The notes under the pieces: generated by a model | Told to the model about the DNA's origin: nothing | The model's input: only the letters and a program-made list of their open reading frames with translations | The model's database searches: none | Assembly: GCF_964355755.1 (NCBI RefSeq) | Contig: NC_092677.1 | Coordinates: forward strand, 10,934,101-10,998,100 | Origin: Antedon mediterranea | Taxonomy: Eukaryota; Animalia; Echinodermata | DNA: 64,000 bases | Reading direction: 5' to 3' | Shown: piece after piece, positions 1-15,000 of the stretch | How positions within the stretch are numbered: the first letter of the stretch is position 1 | How the letters are laid out: each line of letters starts with the position of its first letter | Made by a program: the position numbers and the translations under genes

Positions 1-3000
1 AAATTTTCCTGTACTATAGTACAGGGATTTTTTTCAAGAAATGGCCAATTTTCGACATTTTTATTTTTCGAAAAAACTGGTTACTATAGCACAATTGAAA
101 TGCGCAGAACCCATTATTCGACTCTGCCTATGTTTATTATGCTATAGTAACCATTTATGACAAAAGTGGTTACTATAGCACAATTGACATGCGCAGAACC
201 CATTACTTGACTCTGCGCGTGTTTATTATGCTGTAGTAAACATTTATGTCAAAAAATAAAAGGGTCGAAAATCGACCATTTTTCGTAAATTTTCCTGTAC
301 AGGGATTTTTTCAAGAAATGGCAAATTTTCGACCATTTTATTTTTCGATAAAACTAGTTACTATAGCACAATTGACATGCGCAGAACCCATTATTCGACT
401 CTGCGCATGTTTATTATACTATAGTAACCATTGATGTCAAAAGTGGTTACTATAGCACAATTGACATGCGCAGAACCCATTATTTGACTCTACGCATGTT
501 TATTATGCTATAGTAACCATTTATGTCAAAAAATAAAAGGGTCGAAAATCAGCCAAATTTCGTAAATTTTCCTGTACTATAGTACAGGGATTTTTTCAAG
601 AAATGGCCAATTTTCGACCATTTTATTTTTCGATAAAACTAGTTACTATAGCACAATTGACATGCGCAGAACCCATTATTCGACTCTGCGCATGTTTATT
701 ATACTATAGTAACCATTTATGTCAAAAGTGGTTACTATAGCACAATTGACATGCGCAGAACCCATTATTCGACTCTGCGCATGTTTATTATGCTATAGTA
801 ACCATTTATGTCAAATATTAAAAGGGTCGAAAATCGGGCATTTTTCGTAAATTTTTCTGTACTATAGTACAGGGATTTTTTTCAAGAAATGGCCAATTTT
901 CGACATTTTTATTTTTCGAAAAAACTGGTTACTATAGCACAATTGAAATGCGCAGAACCCATTATTCGACTCTGCCTATGTTTATTATGCTATAGTAACC
1001 ATTTATGACAAAAGTGGTTACTATAGCACAATTGACATGCGCAGAACCCATTACTTGACTCTGCGCGTGTTTATTATGCTGTAGTAAACATTTATGTCAA
1101 AAAATAAAAGGGTCGAAAATCGACCATTTTTCGTAAATTTTCCTGTACAGGGATTTTTTCAAGAAATGGCCAATTTTCGACCATTTTATTTTTCGATAAA
1201 ACTGGTTACTATAGCACAATTGACATGCGCAGAACCCATTATTCGACTCTGCGCATGTTTATTATACTATAGTAACCATTTATGTCAAGAGTGGTTACTA
1301 TAGCACAATTGACATGCGCAGAACCCATTATTCGACTCTGCGCATGTTTATTATGCTATAGTAACCATTTATGTCAAAAAATAAAAGGGTCGAAAATCGG
1401 CCATTTTTCGTAAATTTTCCTGTACCATAGTACAGGGATTTTTTCGAGAAATGGCCAATTTTCGACATTTTTATTTTTCGAAAAAACTGATTACTATAGC
1501 ACAATTGAAATGCGCAGAACCCATTATTCGACTATGCCCATGTTTATTATGCTATAGTAACCATTTATGTCAAAAGTGGTTACTATAGCACAATTGACAT
1601 GCGCAGAACCCATTATTTGACTCTGCGCGTGTTTATTATGCTATAGTAACCATTTATGTCAAAAAATAAAAGGGTTGAATATCAGCCATTTTTCGTAAAT
1701 TTTCCTTACTATAGTACAGGGATTTTTCAAAAAATGGCCAATTTTCGACCTTTTTATTTTTTGATAAAACTGGTTACTATAGCACAATTGACATGCGCAG
1801 AACCCATTATTTGACTCTGCGCATGTTTATTATGCTATAGTAACCATTTATGTCAAAGGTGGTTACTATAGCACATTTGACATGCGCAGAACCTATTATT
1901 CGACTCTGCGCATGTTTATTATGCTATAGTAACCATTTATGTCAAAAAATAAAAGGGTCGAAAATCGACCATTTTTCGTAAATTTTCCTGTACTATAGTA
2001 CAGAGATTTTTTCAAGAAATGGCCAATTTTCGACCTTTTTATTTTTCGATAAAACTGGTTACTATAGAACAATTGACATGCGCAGAACCCATTATTCGAC
2101 TCTGCGCATGTTTATTATACTATAGTAACCATTTATGTCAAGAGTGGTTACTATAGCAAAATTGACATGCGCAGAACCCATTGTTCGACTCTGCGCATGT
2201 TTATTATGCTATAGTAACCGTTTATGTCAAAAAATAAAAGGGTCGAAAATCGGCCATTTTTCGAAAATTTTCCTGTACTATAGTACAGGGATTTTTTCAA
2301 GAAATGGCCAATTTTCGACCTTTTTATTTTTCGATAAAACTAGTTACTATAGCACAATTGACATGCGCAGAACACATTATTCGACTCTGCGCATGTTTAT
2401 TATACTATAGTAACCATTTATGTCAAAAGTGGTTACTATAGCACAATTGACATGCGCAGAACCCATTATTCGACTCTGCGCATGTTTATTATGCTATAGT
2501 AACCATTTATGTCAAAAAATAAAAGGGTCGAAAATCAGCCATTTTTCGAAAATTTTCCTTACTATAGTACAGGGATTTTTCAAAAAATGGCCAATTTTCG
2601 ACCTTTTTATTTGTTGATAAAACTGGTTACTATAGCACAATTGACATGCGCAGAACCCATTATTTGACTCTGCGCATGTTTATTATGCTATAGTAACCAT
2701 TTATGTCAAAAGTGGTTACTATAGCACAATTGACATGCCCAGAACCCATTATTTGACTCTGCGCGTGTTTATTATTCTATAGTAACCATTTATGTCAAAA
2801 AATAAAAGGGTCGAAAATCGACCATTTTTCGTAAATTTTCCTGTACTATAGTACAGGGATTTTTTCAAGAAATGGCCAATTTTCGACCTTTTTATTTTTC
2901 GTTAAAACTAGTTACTATAGCACAATTAACATGCGCAGAACCCATTATTCCACTCTGCGCATGTTTATTATGCTATAGTAACCATTTATGTCAAAAGTGG

Positions 3001-6000
3001 TTACTATAGCACAATTGACATGCGCAGAACCCATCATTCGACTCTGCGCATGTTTATTATGCTATAGTAACCATTTATGTCAAAAAATAAAAGAGTCGAA
3101 AATCGACCATTTTTCGAAAATTTGTTTTTTCAAAAAATGGCCAATTTCTACCTTTTTATTTTTTGATAAAACTGGTTACTATAGCACAATTGACATGCGC
3201 AGAACCCATTATTTGACTCTGCGCATGTTTATTATGCTATAGTAACCATTTATGATAAAACTAGTTACTATAGCACAATTGACATGCGCAGAACCCATTA
3301 TTCGACTCGGCGCATGTTTATTATGCTATAGTAACCATTTATGTCAAAAAATAAAAGGGTCGAAAATCGGCAATTTTTCGTAAATTTTCCTGTACTATAG
3401 TACAGGGATTTTTTCAAGAAATGGCCAATTTTCGACCTTTTTATTTTTCGATAAAACTGGTTACTATAGAACAATTGACATGCGCAGAACCCATTATTCG
3501 ACTCTGCGCATGTTTATTATGCTATAGTAACCATTTATGTCAAAAAATGAAAGGGTCGAAAATCGGCCATTTTTCGTAAATTTTCCTGTACTATAGTACA
3601 GGGGTTTTTTCCAGAAATGGCCAATTTTCGACCTTTTTATTTTTCGATAAAACTAGTTACTATAGCACAATTGACATGCGCAGAACCCATTATTCGACTC
3701 TGCGCATGTTTATTATACTATAGTAACCATTGATGTCAAAAGTGGTTACTATAGCACAATTGACATGCGCAGAACCCATTATTTGACTCTGCGCATGTTT
3801 ATTATGCTATAGTAACCATTTATGTCAAAAAATAAAAGGGTCGAAAATCAGCCAAATTTCGTAAATTTTCCTGTACTATAGTACAGGGATTTTTTCCAGA
3901 AATGGCCAATTTTCGACCTTTTTATTTTTCGATAAAACTGGTTACTATAGCACAATTAACATGCGCAGAACCCATTATTCGACTCTGCGCATGTTTAGTA
4001 TGCTATTGTAACCATTTATGTCAAAAAATAAAAGGGTCGAAAATCGGCCATTTTTCGTAAATTTTCCTGTACTATAGTACAGGGATTTTTTCAAGAAATG
4101 GCCAATTTTCGACCTTTTTATTTTTCGATAAAACTAGTTACTATAGCACAATTGACATGCGCAGAACACATTATTCGGCTCTGCGCATGTTTATTATACT
4201 ATAGTAACCATTTATGTCAAAAGTGGTTACTATAGCACAATTGACATGCGCAGAACCCATTATTCGACTCTGCGCATGTTTATTATGCTATAGTAACCAT
4301 TTATGTCAAAAAATAAAAGGGTCGAAAATCAGCCATTTTTCGAAAATTTCCCTTAATATAGTACAGGGATTTTTCAAAAAAATGGCAAATTTTCGACCTT
4401 TTTATTTGTTGATAAAACTGGTTACTATAGCACAATTGACATGCGCAGAACCCATTATTTGACTCTGCGCATGTTTATTATGCTATAGTAACCATTTATG
4501 TCAAAAGTGGTTACTATAGAACAATTGACATGCGCAGAACCCATTATTCGACTCTGCGCATGTTTATTATACTATAGTAACCATTTATGTCAAGAGTGGT
4601 TACTATAGCAAAATTGACATGTGCAGAACCCATTATTCGACTCTGCGCATGTTTATTATGCTATAGTAACCGTTTATGTCAAAAAATAAAAGGGTCGAAA
4701 ATCGGCCATTTTTCGAAAATTTTCCTGTACTATAGTACAGGGATTTTTTCAAGAAATGGCCAATTTTCGACCTTTTTATTTTTCGATAAAACTAGTTACT
4801 ATAGCACAATTGACATGCGCAGAACACATTATTCGACTCTGCGCATGTTTATTATACTATAGTAACCATTTATGTCAAAAGTGGTTACTATAGCACAATT
4901 GACATGCGCAGAACCCATTATTCGACTCTGCGCATGTTTATTATGCTATAGTAACCATTTATGTCAAAAAATAAAAGGGTCGAAAATCAGCCATTTTTCG
5001 AAAATTTCCCTTACTATAGTACAGGGATTTTTCAAAAAAATGGCAAATTTTCGACCTTTTTATTTGTTGATAAAACTGGTTACTATAGCACAATTGACAT
5101 GCGCAGAACCCATTATTTGACTCTGCGCATGTTTATTATGCTATAGTAACCATTTATGTCAAAAGTGGTTACTATAGAACAATTGACATGCGCAGAACCC
5201 ATTATTCGACTCTGCGCATGTTTATTATACTATAGTAACCATTTATGTCAAGAGTGGTTACTATAGCAAAATTGACATGTGCAGAACCCATTATTCGACT
5301 CTGCGCATGTTTATTATGCTATAGTAACCGTTTATGTCAAAAAATAAAAGGGTCGAAAATCGGCCATTTTTCGAAAATTTTCCTGTACTATAGTACAGGC
5401 ATTTTTTCAAGAAATGGCCAATTTTCGACCTTTTTATTTTTCGATAAAACTAGTTACTATAGCACAATTGACATGCGCAGAACACATTATTCGACTCTGC
5501 GCATGTTTATTATACTATAGTAACCATTTATGTCAAAAGTGGTTACTATAGCACAATTGACATGCGCAGAACCCATTATTCGACTCTGCGCATGTTTATT
5601 ATGCTATAGTAACCGTTTATGTCAAAAAATAAAAGGGTCGAAAATCGGCCATTTTTCGAAAATTTTCCTGTACTATAGTACAGGGATTTTTTCAAGAAAT
5701 GGCCAATTTTCGACCTTTTTATTTTTCGATAAAACTAGTTACTATAGCACAATTGACATGCGCAGAACACATTATTCGACTCTGCGCATGTTTATTATAC
5801 TATAGTAACCATTTATGTCAAAAGTGGTTACTATAGCACAATTGACATGCGCAGAACCCATTATTCGACTCTGCGCATGTTTATTATGCTATAGTAACCA
5901 TTTATGTCAAAAAATAAAAGGGTCGAAAATCAGCCATTTTTCGAAAATTTCCCTTACTATAGTACAGGGATTTTTCAAAAAAATGGCAAATTTTCGACCT

Positions 6001-9000
6001 TTTTATTTGTTGATAAAACTGGTTACTATAGCACAATTGACATGCGCAGAACCCATTATTTGACTCTGCGCATGTTTATTATGCTATAGTAACCATTTAT
6101 GTCAAAAGTGGTTACTATAGAACAATTGACATGCGCAGAACCCATTATTCGACTCTGCGCATGTTTATTATACTATAGTAACCATTTATGTCAAGAGTGG
6201 TTACTATAGCAAAATTGACATGTGCAGAACCCATTATTCGACTCTGCGCATGTTTATTATGCTATAGTAACCGTTTATGTCAAAAAATAAAAGGGTCGAA
6301 AATCGGCCATTTTTCGAAAATTTTCCTGTACTATAGTACAGGCATTTTTTCAAGAAATGGCCAATTTTCGACCTTTTTATTTTTCGATAAAACTAGTTAC
6401 TATAGCACAATTGACATGCGCAGAACACATTATTCGACTCTGCGCATGTTTATTATACTATAGTAACCATTTATGTCAAAAGTGGTTACTATAGCACAAT
6501 TGACATGCGCAGAACCCATTATTCGACTCTGCGCATGTTTATTATGCTATAGTAACCATTTATGTCAAAAAATAAAAGGGTCGAAAATCAGCCATTTTTC
6601 GAAAATTTCCCTTAATATAGTACAGGGATTTTTCAAAAAATGGCCAATTTTCGACCTTTTTATTTGTTGATAAAACTGGTTACTATAGCACAATTGACAT
6701 GCGCAGAACCCATTATTTGACTCTGCGCATGTTTATTATGCTATAGTAACCATTTATGTCAAAAGTGGTTACTATAGCACAATTGACATGCGCAGAACCC
6801 ATTATTTGACTCTGCGCGTGTTTATTATTCTATAGTAACCATTTATGTCAAAAAAAAAAAGGGTCGAAAATCGACCATTTTTCGTAAATTTTCCTGTACT
6901 ATAGTACAGGGATTTTTTCAAGAAATGGCCAATTTTCGACCTTTTTATTTTTTGATAAAACTGGTTACTATAGCACAATTGACATGCGCAGAACCCATTA
7001 TTTGACTCTGCGCATGTTTATTATGCTATAGTAACCATTTATGATAAAACTAGTTACTATAGCACAATTGACATGCGCAGAACCCATTATTCGACTCGGC
7101 GCATGTTTATTATGCTATAGTAACCATTTATGTCAAAAAATAAAAGGGTCGAAAATCGGCAATTTTTCGTAAATTTTCCTGTACTATAGTACAGGGATTT
7201 TTTCAAGAAATGGCCAATTTTCGACCTTTTTATTTTTCGATAAAACTGGTTACTATAGAACAATTGACATGCGCAGAACCCATTATTCGACTCTGCGCAT
7301 GTTTATTATGCTATAGTAACCATTTATGTCAAAAAATGAAAGGGTCGAAAATCGGCCATTTTTGGTAAATTTTCCTGTACTATAGTACAGGGGTTTTTTC
7401 CAGAAATGGCCAATTTTCGACCTTTTTATTTTTCGATAAAACTAGTTACTATAGCACAATTGACATGCGCAGAACCCATTATTCGACTCTGCGCATGTTT
7501 ATTATACTATAGTAACCATTGATGTCAAAAGTGGTTACTATAGCACAATTGACATGCGCAGAACCCATTATTTGACTCTGCGCATGTTTATTATGCTATA
7601 GTAACCATTTATGTCAAAAAATAAAAGGGTCGAAAATCAGCCAAATTTCGTAAATTTTCCTGTACTATAGTACAGGGATTTTTTCCAGAAATGGCCAATT
7701 TTCGACCTTTTTATTTTTCGATAAAACTGGTTACTATAGCACAATTAACATGCGCAGAACCCATTATTCGACTCTGCGCATGTTTAGTATGCTATTGTAA
7801 CCATTTATGTCAAAAAATAAAAGGGTCGAAAATCGGCCATTTTTCGTAAATTTTCCTGTACTATAGTACAGGGATTTTTTCAAGAAATGGCCAATTTTCG
7901 ACCTTTTTATTTTTCGATAAAACTAGTTACTATAGCACAATTGACATGCGCAGAACACATTATTCGGCTCTGCGCATGTTTATTATACTATAGTAACCAT
8001 TTATGTCAAAAGTGGTTACTATAGCACAATTGACATGCGCAGAACCCATTATTCGACTCTGCGCATGTTTATTATGCTATAGTAACCATTTATGTCAAAA
8101 AATAAAAGGGTCGAAAATCAGCCATTTTTCGAAAATTTCCCTTACTATAGTACAGGGATTTTTCAAAAAATGGCAAATTTTCGACCTTTTTATTTGTTGA
8201 TAAAACTGGTTACTATAGCACAATTGACATGCGCAGAACCCATTATTTGACTCTGCGCATGTTTATTATGCTATAGTAACCATTTATGTCAAAAGTGGTT
8301 ACTATAGAACAATTGACATGCGCAGAACCCATTATTCGACTCTGCGCATGTTTATTATACTATAGTAACCATTTATGTCAAGAGTGGTTACTATAGCAAA
8401 ATTGACATGTGCAGAACCCATTATTCGACTCTGCGCATGTTTATTATGCTATAGTAACCGTTTATGTCAAAAAATAAAAGGGTCGAAAATCGGCCATTTT
8501 TCGAAAATTTTCCTGTACTATAGTACAGGGATTTTTTCAAGAAATGGCCAATTTTCAACCTTTTTATTTTTCGATAAAACTAGTTACTATAGCACAATTG
8601 ACATGCGCAGAACACATTATTCGACTCTGCGCATGTTTATTATACTATAGTAACCATTTATGTCAAAAGTGGTTACTATAGCACAATTGACATGCGCAGA
8701 ACCCATTATTCGACTCTGCGCATGTTTATTATGCTATAGTAACCATTTATGTCAAAAAATAAAAGGGTCGAAAATCAGCCATTTTTCGAAAATTTCCCTT
8801 AATATAGTACAGGGATTTTTCAAAAAATGGCCAATTTTCGACCTTTTTATTTGTTGATAAAACTGGTTACTATAGCACAATTGACATGCGCAGAACCCAT
8901 TATTTGACTCTGCGCATGTTTATTATGCTATAGTAACCATTTATGTCAAAAGTGGTTACTATAGCACAATTGACATGCGCAGAACCCATTATTTGACTCT

Positions 9001-12000
9001 GCGCGTGTTTATTATTCTATAGTAACCATTTATGTCAAAAAATAAAAGGGTCGAAAATCGACCATTTTTCGTAAATTTTCCTGTACTATAGTACAGGGAT
9101 TTTTTCAAGAAATGGCCAATTTTCGACCTTTTTATTTTTTGATAAAACTGGTTACTATAGCACAATTGACATGCGCAGAACCCATTATTTGACTCTGCGC
9201 ATGTTTATTATGCTATAGTAACCATTTATGATAAAACTAGTTACTATAGCACAATTGACATGCGCAGAACCCATTATTCGACTCTGCGCATGTTTATTAT
9301 GCTATAGTAACCATTTATGTCAAAAAATAAAAGGGTCGAAAATCAGCCATTTTTCGAAAATTTCCCTTACTATAGTACAGGGATTTTTCAAAAAATGGCC
9401 AATTTTCGACCTTTTTATTTGTTGATAAAACTGGTTACTATAGCACAATTGACATGCGCAGAACCCATTATTTGACTCTGCGCATGTTTATTATGCTATA
9501 GTAACCATTTATGTCAAAAGTGGTTACTATAGCACAATTGACATGCGCAGAACCCATTATTTGACTCTGCGCGTGTTTATTATTCTATAGTAACCATTTA
9601 TGTCAAAAAATAAAAGGGTCGAAAATCGACCATTTTTTGTAAATTTTCCTGTACTATAGTACAGGGATTTTTTCAAGAAATGGCCAATTTTCGACCTTTT
9701 TATTTTTCGTTAAAACTAGTTACTATAGCACAATTAACATGCGCAGAACCCATTATTCCACTCTGCGCATGTTTATTATGCTATAGTAACCATTTATGTC
9801 AAAAGTGGTTACTATAGCACAATTGACATGCGCAGAACCCATCATTCGACTCTGCGCATGTTTATTATGCTATACAGGGTAGTAACCATTTATGTCAAAA
9901 AATAAAAGGGTCGAAAATCAGCCAAATTTCGTAAATTTTCCTGTACTATAGTACAGGGATTTTTTCCAGAAATGGCCAATTTTCGACCTTTTTATTTTTC
10001 GATAAAACTGGTTACTATAGCACAATTAACATGCGCAGAACCCATTATTCGACTCTGCGCATGTTTAGTATGCTATTGTAACCATTTATGTCAAAAAATA
10101 AAAGGGTCGAAAATCGGCCATTTTTCGTAAATTTTCCTGTACTATAGTACAGGGATTTTTTCAAGAAATGGCCAATTTTCGACCTTTTTATTTTTCGATA
10201 AAACTAGTTACTATAGCACAATTGACATGCGCAGAACACATTATTCGGCTCTGCGCATGTTTATTATACTATAGTAACCATTTATGTCAAAAGTGGTTAC
10301 TATAGCACAATTGCCATGCGCAGAACCCATTATTTGACTCTGCGCATGTTTATTATGCTATAGTAACCATTTATGTCAAAAAATAAAAGGGTCGAAAATC
10401 AGCTATTTTTCGAAAATTTCCCTTAATATAGTACAGGGATTTTTCAAAAAATGGCCAATTTTCGACCTTTTTATTTGTTGATAAAACTGGTTACTATAGC
10501 ACAATTGACATGCGCAGAACCCATTATTTGACTCTGCGCATGTTTATTATGCTATAGTAACCATTTATGTCAAAAGTGGTTACTATAGCACAATTGACAT
10601 GCGCAGAACCCATTATTCGACTCTGCGCGTGTTTATTATGCTATAGTAACCGTTTATGTCAAAAAATAAAAGGGTCGAAAATCGACCATTTTTCGTAAAT
10701 TTTCCTGTACTATAGTACAGGGATTTTTTCAAGAAATGGCCAATTTTCGACCTTTTTATTTTTCGATAAAACTAGTTACTATAGCACAATTGACATGCGC
10801 AGAACACATTATTCGACTCTGCGCATGTTTATTATACTATAGTAACCATTTATGTCAAAAGTGGTTACTATAGCACAATTGACATGCGCAGAACCCATTA
10901 TTCGACTCTGCGCATGTTTATTATGCTATAGTAACCATTTATGTCAAAAAATAAAAGGGTCGAAAATCAGCCATTTTTCGAAAATTTCCCTTACTATAGT
11001 ACAGGGATTTTTCAAAAAATGGCCAATTTTCGACCTTTTTATTTGTTGATAAAACTGGTTACTATAGCACAATTGACATGCGCAGAACCCATTATTTGAC
11101 TCTGCGCATGTTTATTATGCTATAGTAACCATTTATGTCAAAAGTGGTTACTATAGCACAATTGACATGCGCAGAACCCATTATTTGACTCTGCGCGTGT
11201 TTATTATTCTATAGTAACCATTTATGTCAAAAAATAAAAGGGTCGAAAATCGACCATTTTTCGTAAATTTTCCTGTACTATAGTACAGGGATTTTTTCAA
11301 GAAATGGCCAATTTTCGACCTTTTTATTTTTCGTTAAAACTAGTTACTATAGCACAATTAACATGCGCAGAACCCATTATTCCACTCTGCGCATGTTTAT
11401 TATGCTATAGTAACCATTTATGTTAAAAGTGGTTACTATAGCACAATTGACATGCGCAGAACCCATCATTCGACTCTGCGCATGTTTATTATGCTATACA
11501 GGGTAGTAACCATTTATGTCAAAAAATAAAAGGGTCGAAAATCGACCATTTTTCGAAAATTTGTTTTTTCAAAAAATGGCCAATTTCTACCTTTTTATTT
11601 TTTGATAAAACTGGTTACTATAGCACAATTGACATGCGCAGAACCCATTATTTGACTCTGCGCATGTTTATTATGCTATAGTAACCATTTATGATAAAAC
11701 TAGTTACTATAGCACAATTGACATGCGCAGAACCCATTATTCGACTCGGCGCATGTTTATTATGCTATAGTAACCATTTATGTCAAAAAATAAAAGGGTC
11801 GAAAATCAGCCAAATTTCGTAAATTTTTCTGTACTATAGTACAGGGATTTTTTCCAGAAATGGCCAATTTTCGACCTTTTTATTTGTTGATAAAACTGGT
11901 TACTATAGCACAATTGACATGCGCAGAACCCATTATTTGACTCTGCGCATGTTTATTATGCTATAGTAACCATTTATGTCAAAAGTGGTTACTATAGAAC

Positions 12001-15000
12001 AATTGACATGCGCAGAACCCATTATTCGACTCTGCGCATGTTTATTATACTATAGTAACCATTTATGTCAAGAGTGGTTACTATAGCAAAATTGACATGC
12101 GCAGAACCCATTATTCGACTCTGCGCATGTTTATTATGCTATAGTAACCGTTTATGTCAAAAAATAAAAGGGTCGAAAATCGGCCATTTTTCGAAAATTT
12201 TCCTGTACTATAGTACAGGGATTTTTTCAAGAAATGGCCAATTTTCGACCTTTTTATTTTTCGATAAAACTAGTTACTATAGCACAATTGACATGCGCAG
12301 AACACATTATTCGACTCTGCGCATGTTTATTATACTATAGTAACCATTTATGTCAAAAGTGGTTACTATAGCACAATTGACATGCGCAGAACCCATTATT
12401 CGACTCTGCGCATGTTTATTATGCTATAGTAACCATTTATGTCAAAAAATAAAAGGGTCGAAAATCAGCCATTTTTCGAAAATTTCCCTTACTATAGTAC
12501 AGGGATTTTTCAAAAAATGGCCAATTTTCGACCTTTTTATTTGTTGATAAAACTGGTTACTATAGCACAATTGACATGCGCAGAACCCATTATTTGACTC
12601 TGCGCATGTTTATTATGCTATTGTAACCATTTATGTCAAAAGTGGTTACTATAGCACAATTGACATGCGCAGAACCCATTATTTGACTCTGCGCGTGTTT
12701 ATTATTCTATAGTAACCATTTATGTCAAAAAATAAAAGGGTCGAAAATCGACCATTTTTCGTAAATTTTCCTGTACTATAGTACAGGGATTTTTTCAAGA
12801 AATGGCCAATTTTCGACCTTTTTATTTTTCGTTAAAACTAGTTACTATAGCACAATTAACATGCGCAGAACCCATTATTCCACTCTGCGCATGTTTATTA
12901 TGCTATAGTAACCATTTATGTCAAAAGTGGTTACTATAGCACAATTGACATGCGCAGAACCCATCATTCGACTCTGCGCATGTTTATTATGCTATAGTAA
13001 CCATTTATGTCAAAAAATAAAAGGGTCGAAAATCGACCATTTTTCGAAAATTTGTTTTTTCAAAAAATGGCCAATTTCTACCTTTTTATTTTTTGATAAA
13101 ACTGGTTACTATAGCACAATTGACATGCGCAGAACCCATTATTTGACTCTGCGCATGTTTATTATGCTATAGTAACCATTTATGATAAAACTAGTTACTA
13201 TAGCACAATTGACATGCGCAGAACCCATTATTCGACTCGGCGCATGTTTATTATGCTATAGTAACCATTTATGTCAAAAAATAAAAGGGTCGAAAATCGG
13301 CAATTTTTCGTAAAATTTCAAGAAATGGCCAATTTTCGACCTTTTTATTTTTCGATAAAACTGGTTACTATAGAACAATTGACATGCGCAGAACCCATTA
13401 TTCGACTCTGCGCATGTTTATTATGCTATAGTAACCATTTATGTCAAAAAATAAAAGGGTCGAAAATCAGCCAAATTTCGTAAATTTTCCTGTACTATAG
13501 TACAGGGATTTTTTCAAGAAATGGCCAATTTTCGACCTTTTTATTTCTCGATAAAACTAGTTACTATAGCACAATTGACATGCGCAGAACACATTATTCG
13601 ACTCTGCGCATGTTTATTATACTATAGTAACCATTTATGTCAAAAGTGGTTACTATAGCACAATTGACATGCGCAGAACCCATTATTCGACTCTGCGCAT
13701 GTTTATTATGCTATAGTAACCATTTATGTCAAAAAATAAAAGGGTCGAAAATCGACCATTTTTCGAAAATTTCCCTTACTATAGTACAGGGATTTTTCAA
13801 AAAATGGCCAATTTTCGACCTTTTTATTTTTTGATAAAACTGGTTACTATAGCACAATTGACATGTGCAGAACCCATTATTTGACTCTGCGCATGTTTAT
13901 TATGCTATAGTAACCATTTATGTCAAAGGTGGTTACTATAGCACATTTGACATGCGCAGAACCTATTATTTGACTCTGCGCATGTTTATTATGCTATAGT
14001 AACCATTTATGTCAAAAAATAAAAGGATCGAAAATCGGCCATTTTTCGTAAATTTTCCTGTACTATAGTACCGGGATTTTTTCAAGAAATGGCCAATTTT
14101 CGACCTTTTTATTTTTCGATAAAACTAGTTACTATAGCACAATTGACATGCGCAGAACACATTATTCGACTCTGCGGATGTTTATTATACTATAGTAACC
14201 ATTGATGTCAAAAGTGGTTACTATAGCACAATTGACATGCGCAGAACCCATTATTTGACTCTACGCATGTTTATTATGCTATAGTAACCATTTATGTCAA
14301 AAAATAAAAGGGTCGAAAATCAGCCAAATTTCGTAAATTTTCCTGTACTATAGTACAGGGATTTTTTCCAGAAATGGCCAATTTTCGATCTTTTTATTTT
14401 TCGATAAAACTGGTTACTATAGCACAATTAACATGCGCAGAACCCATTATTCGACTCTGCGCATGTTTAGTATGCTATTGTAACCATTTATGTCAAAAAA
14501 TAAAAGGGTCGGAAATCGGCCATTTTTCGTAAATTTTCCTGTACTATAGTACAGGGATTTTTTCAAGAAATGGCCAATTTTCGACCTTTTTATTTCTCGA
14601 TAAAACTAGTTACTATAGCACAATTGACATGCGCAGAACACATTATTCGACTCTGCGCATGTTTATTATACTATAGTAACCATTTATGTCAAAAGTGGTT
14701 ACTATAGCACAATTGACATGCGCAGAACCCATTATTCGACTCTGCGGATGTTTATTATGCTATAGTAACCATTTATGTCAAAAAATAAAAGGGTCGAAAA
14801 TCGACCATTTTTCGAAAATTTCCCTTACTATAGTACAGGGATTTTTCAAAAAATGGCCAATTTTCGACCTTTTTATTTTTTGATAAAACTGGTTACTATA
14901 GCACAATTGACATGTGCAGAACCCATTATTTGACTCTGCGCATGTTTATTATGCTATAGTAACCATTTATGTCAAAGGTGGTTACTATAGCACATTTGAC

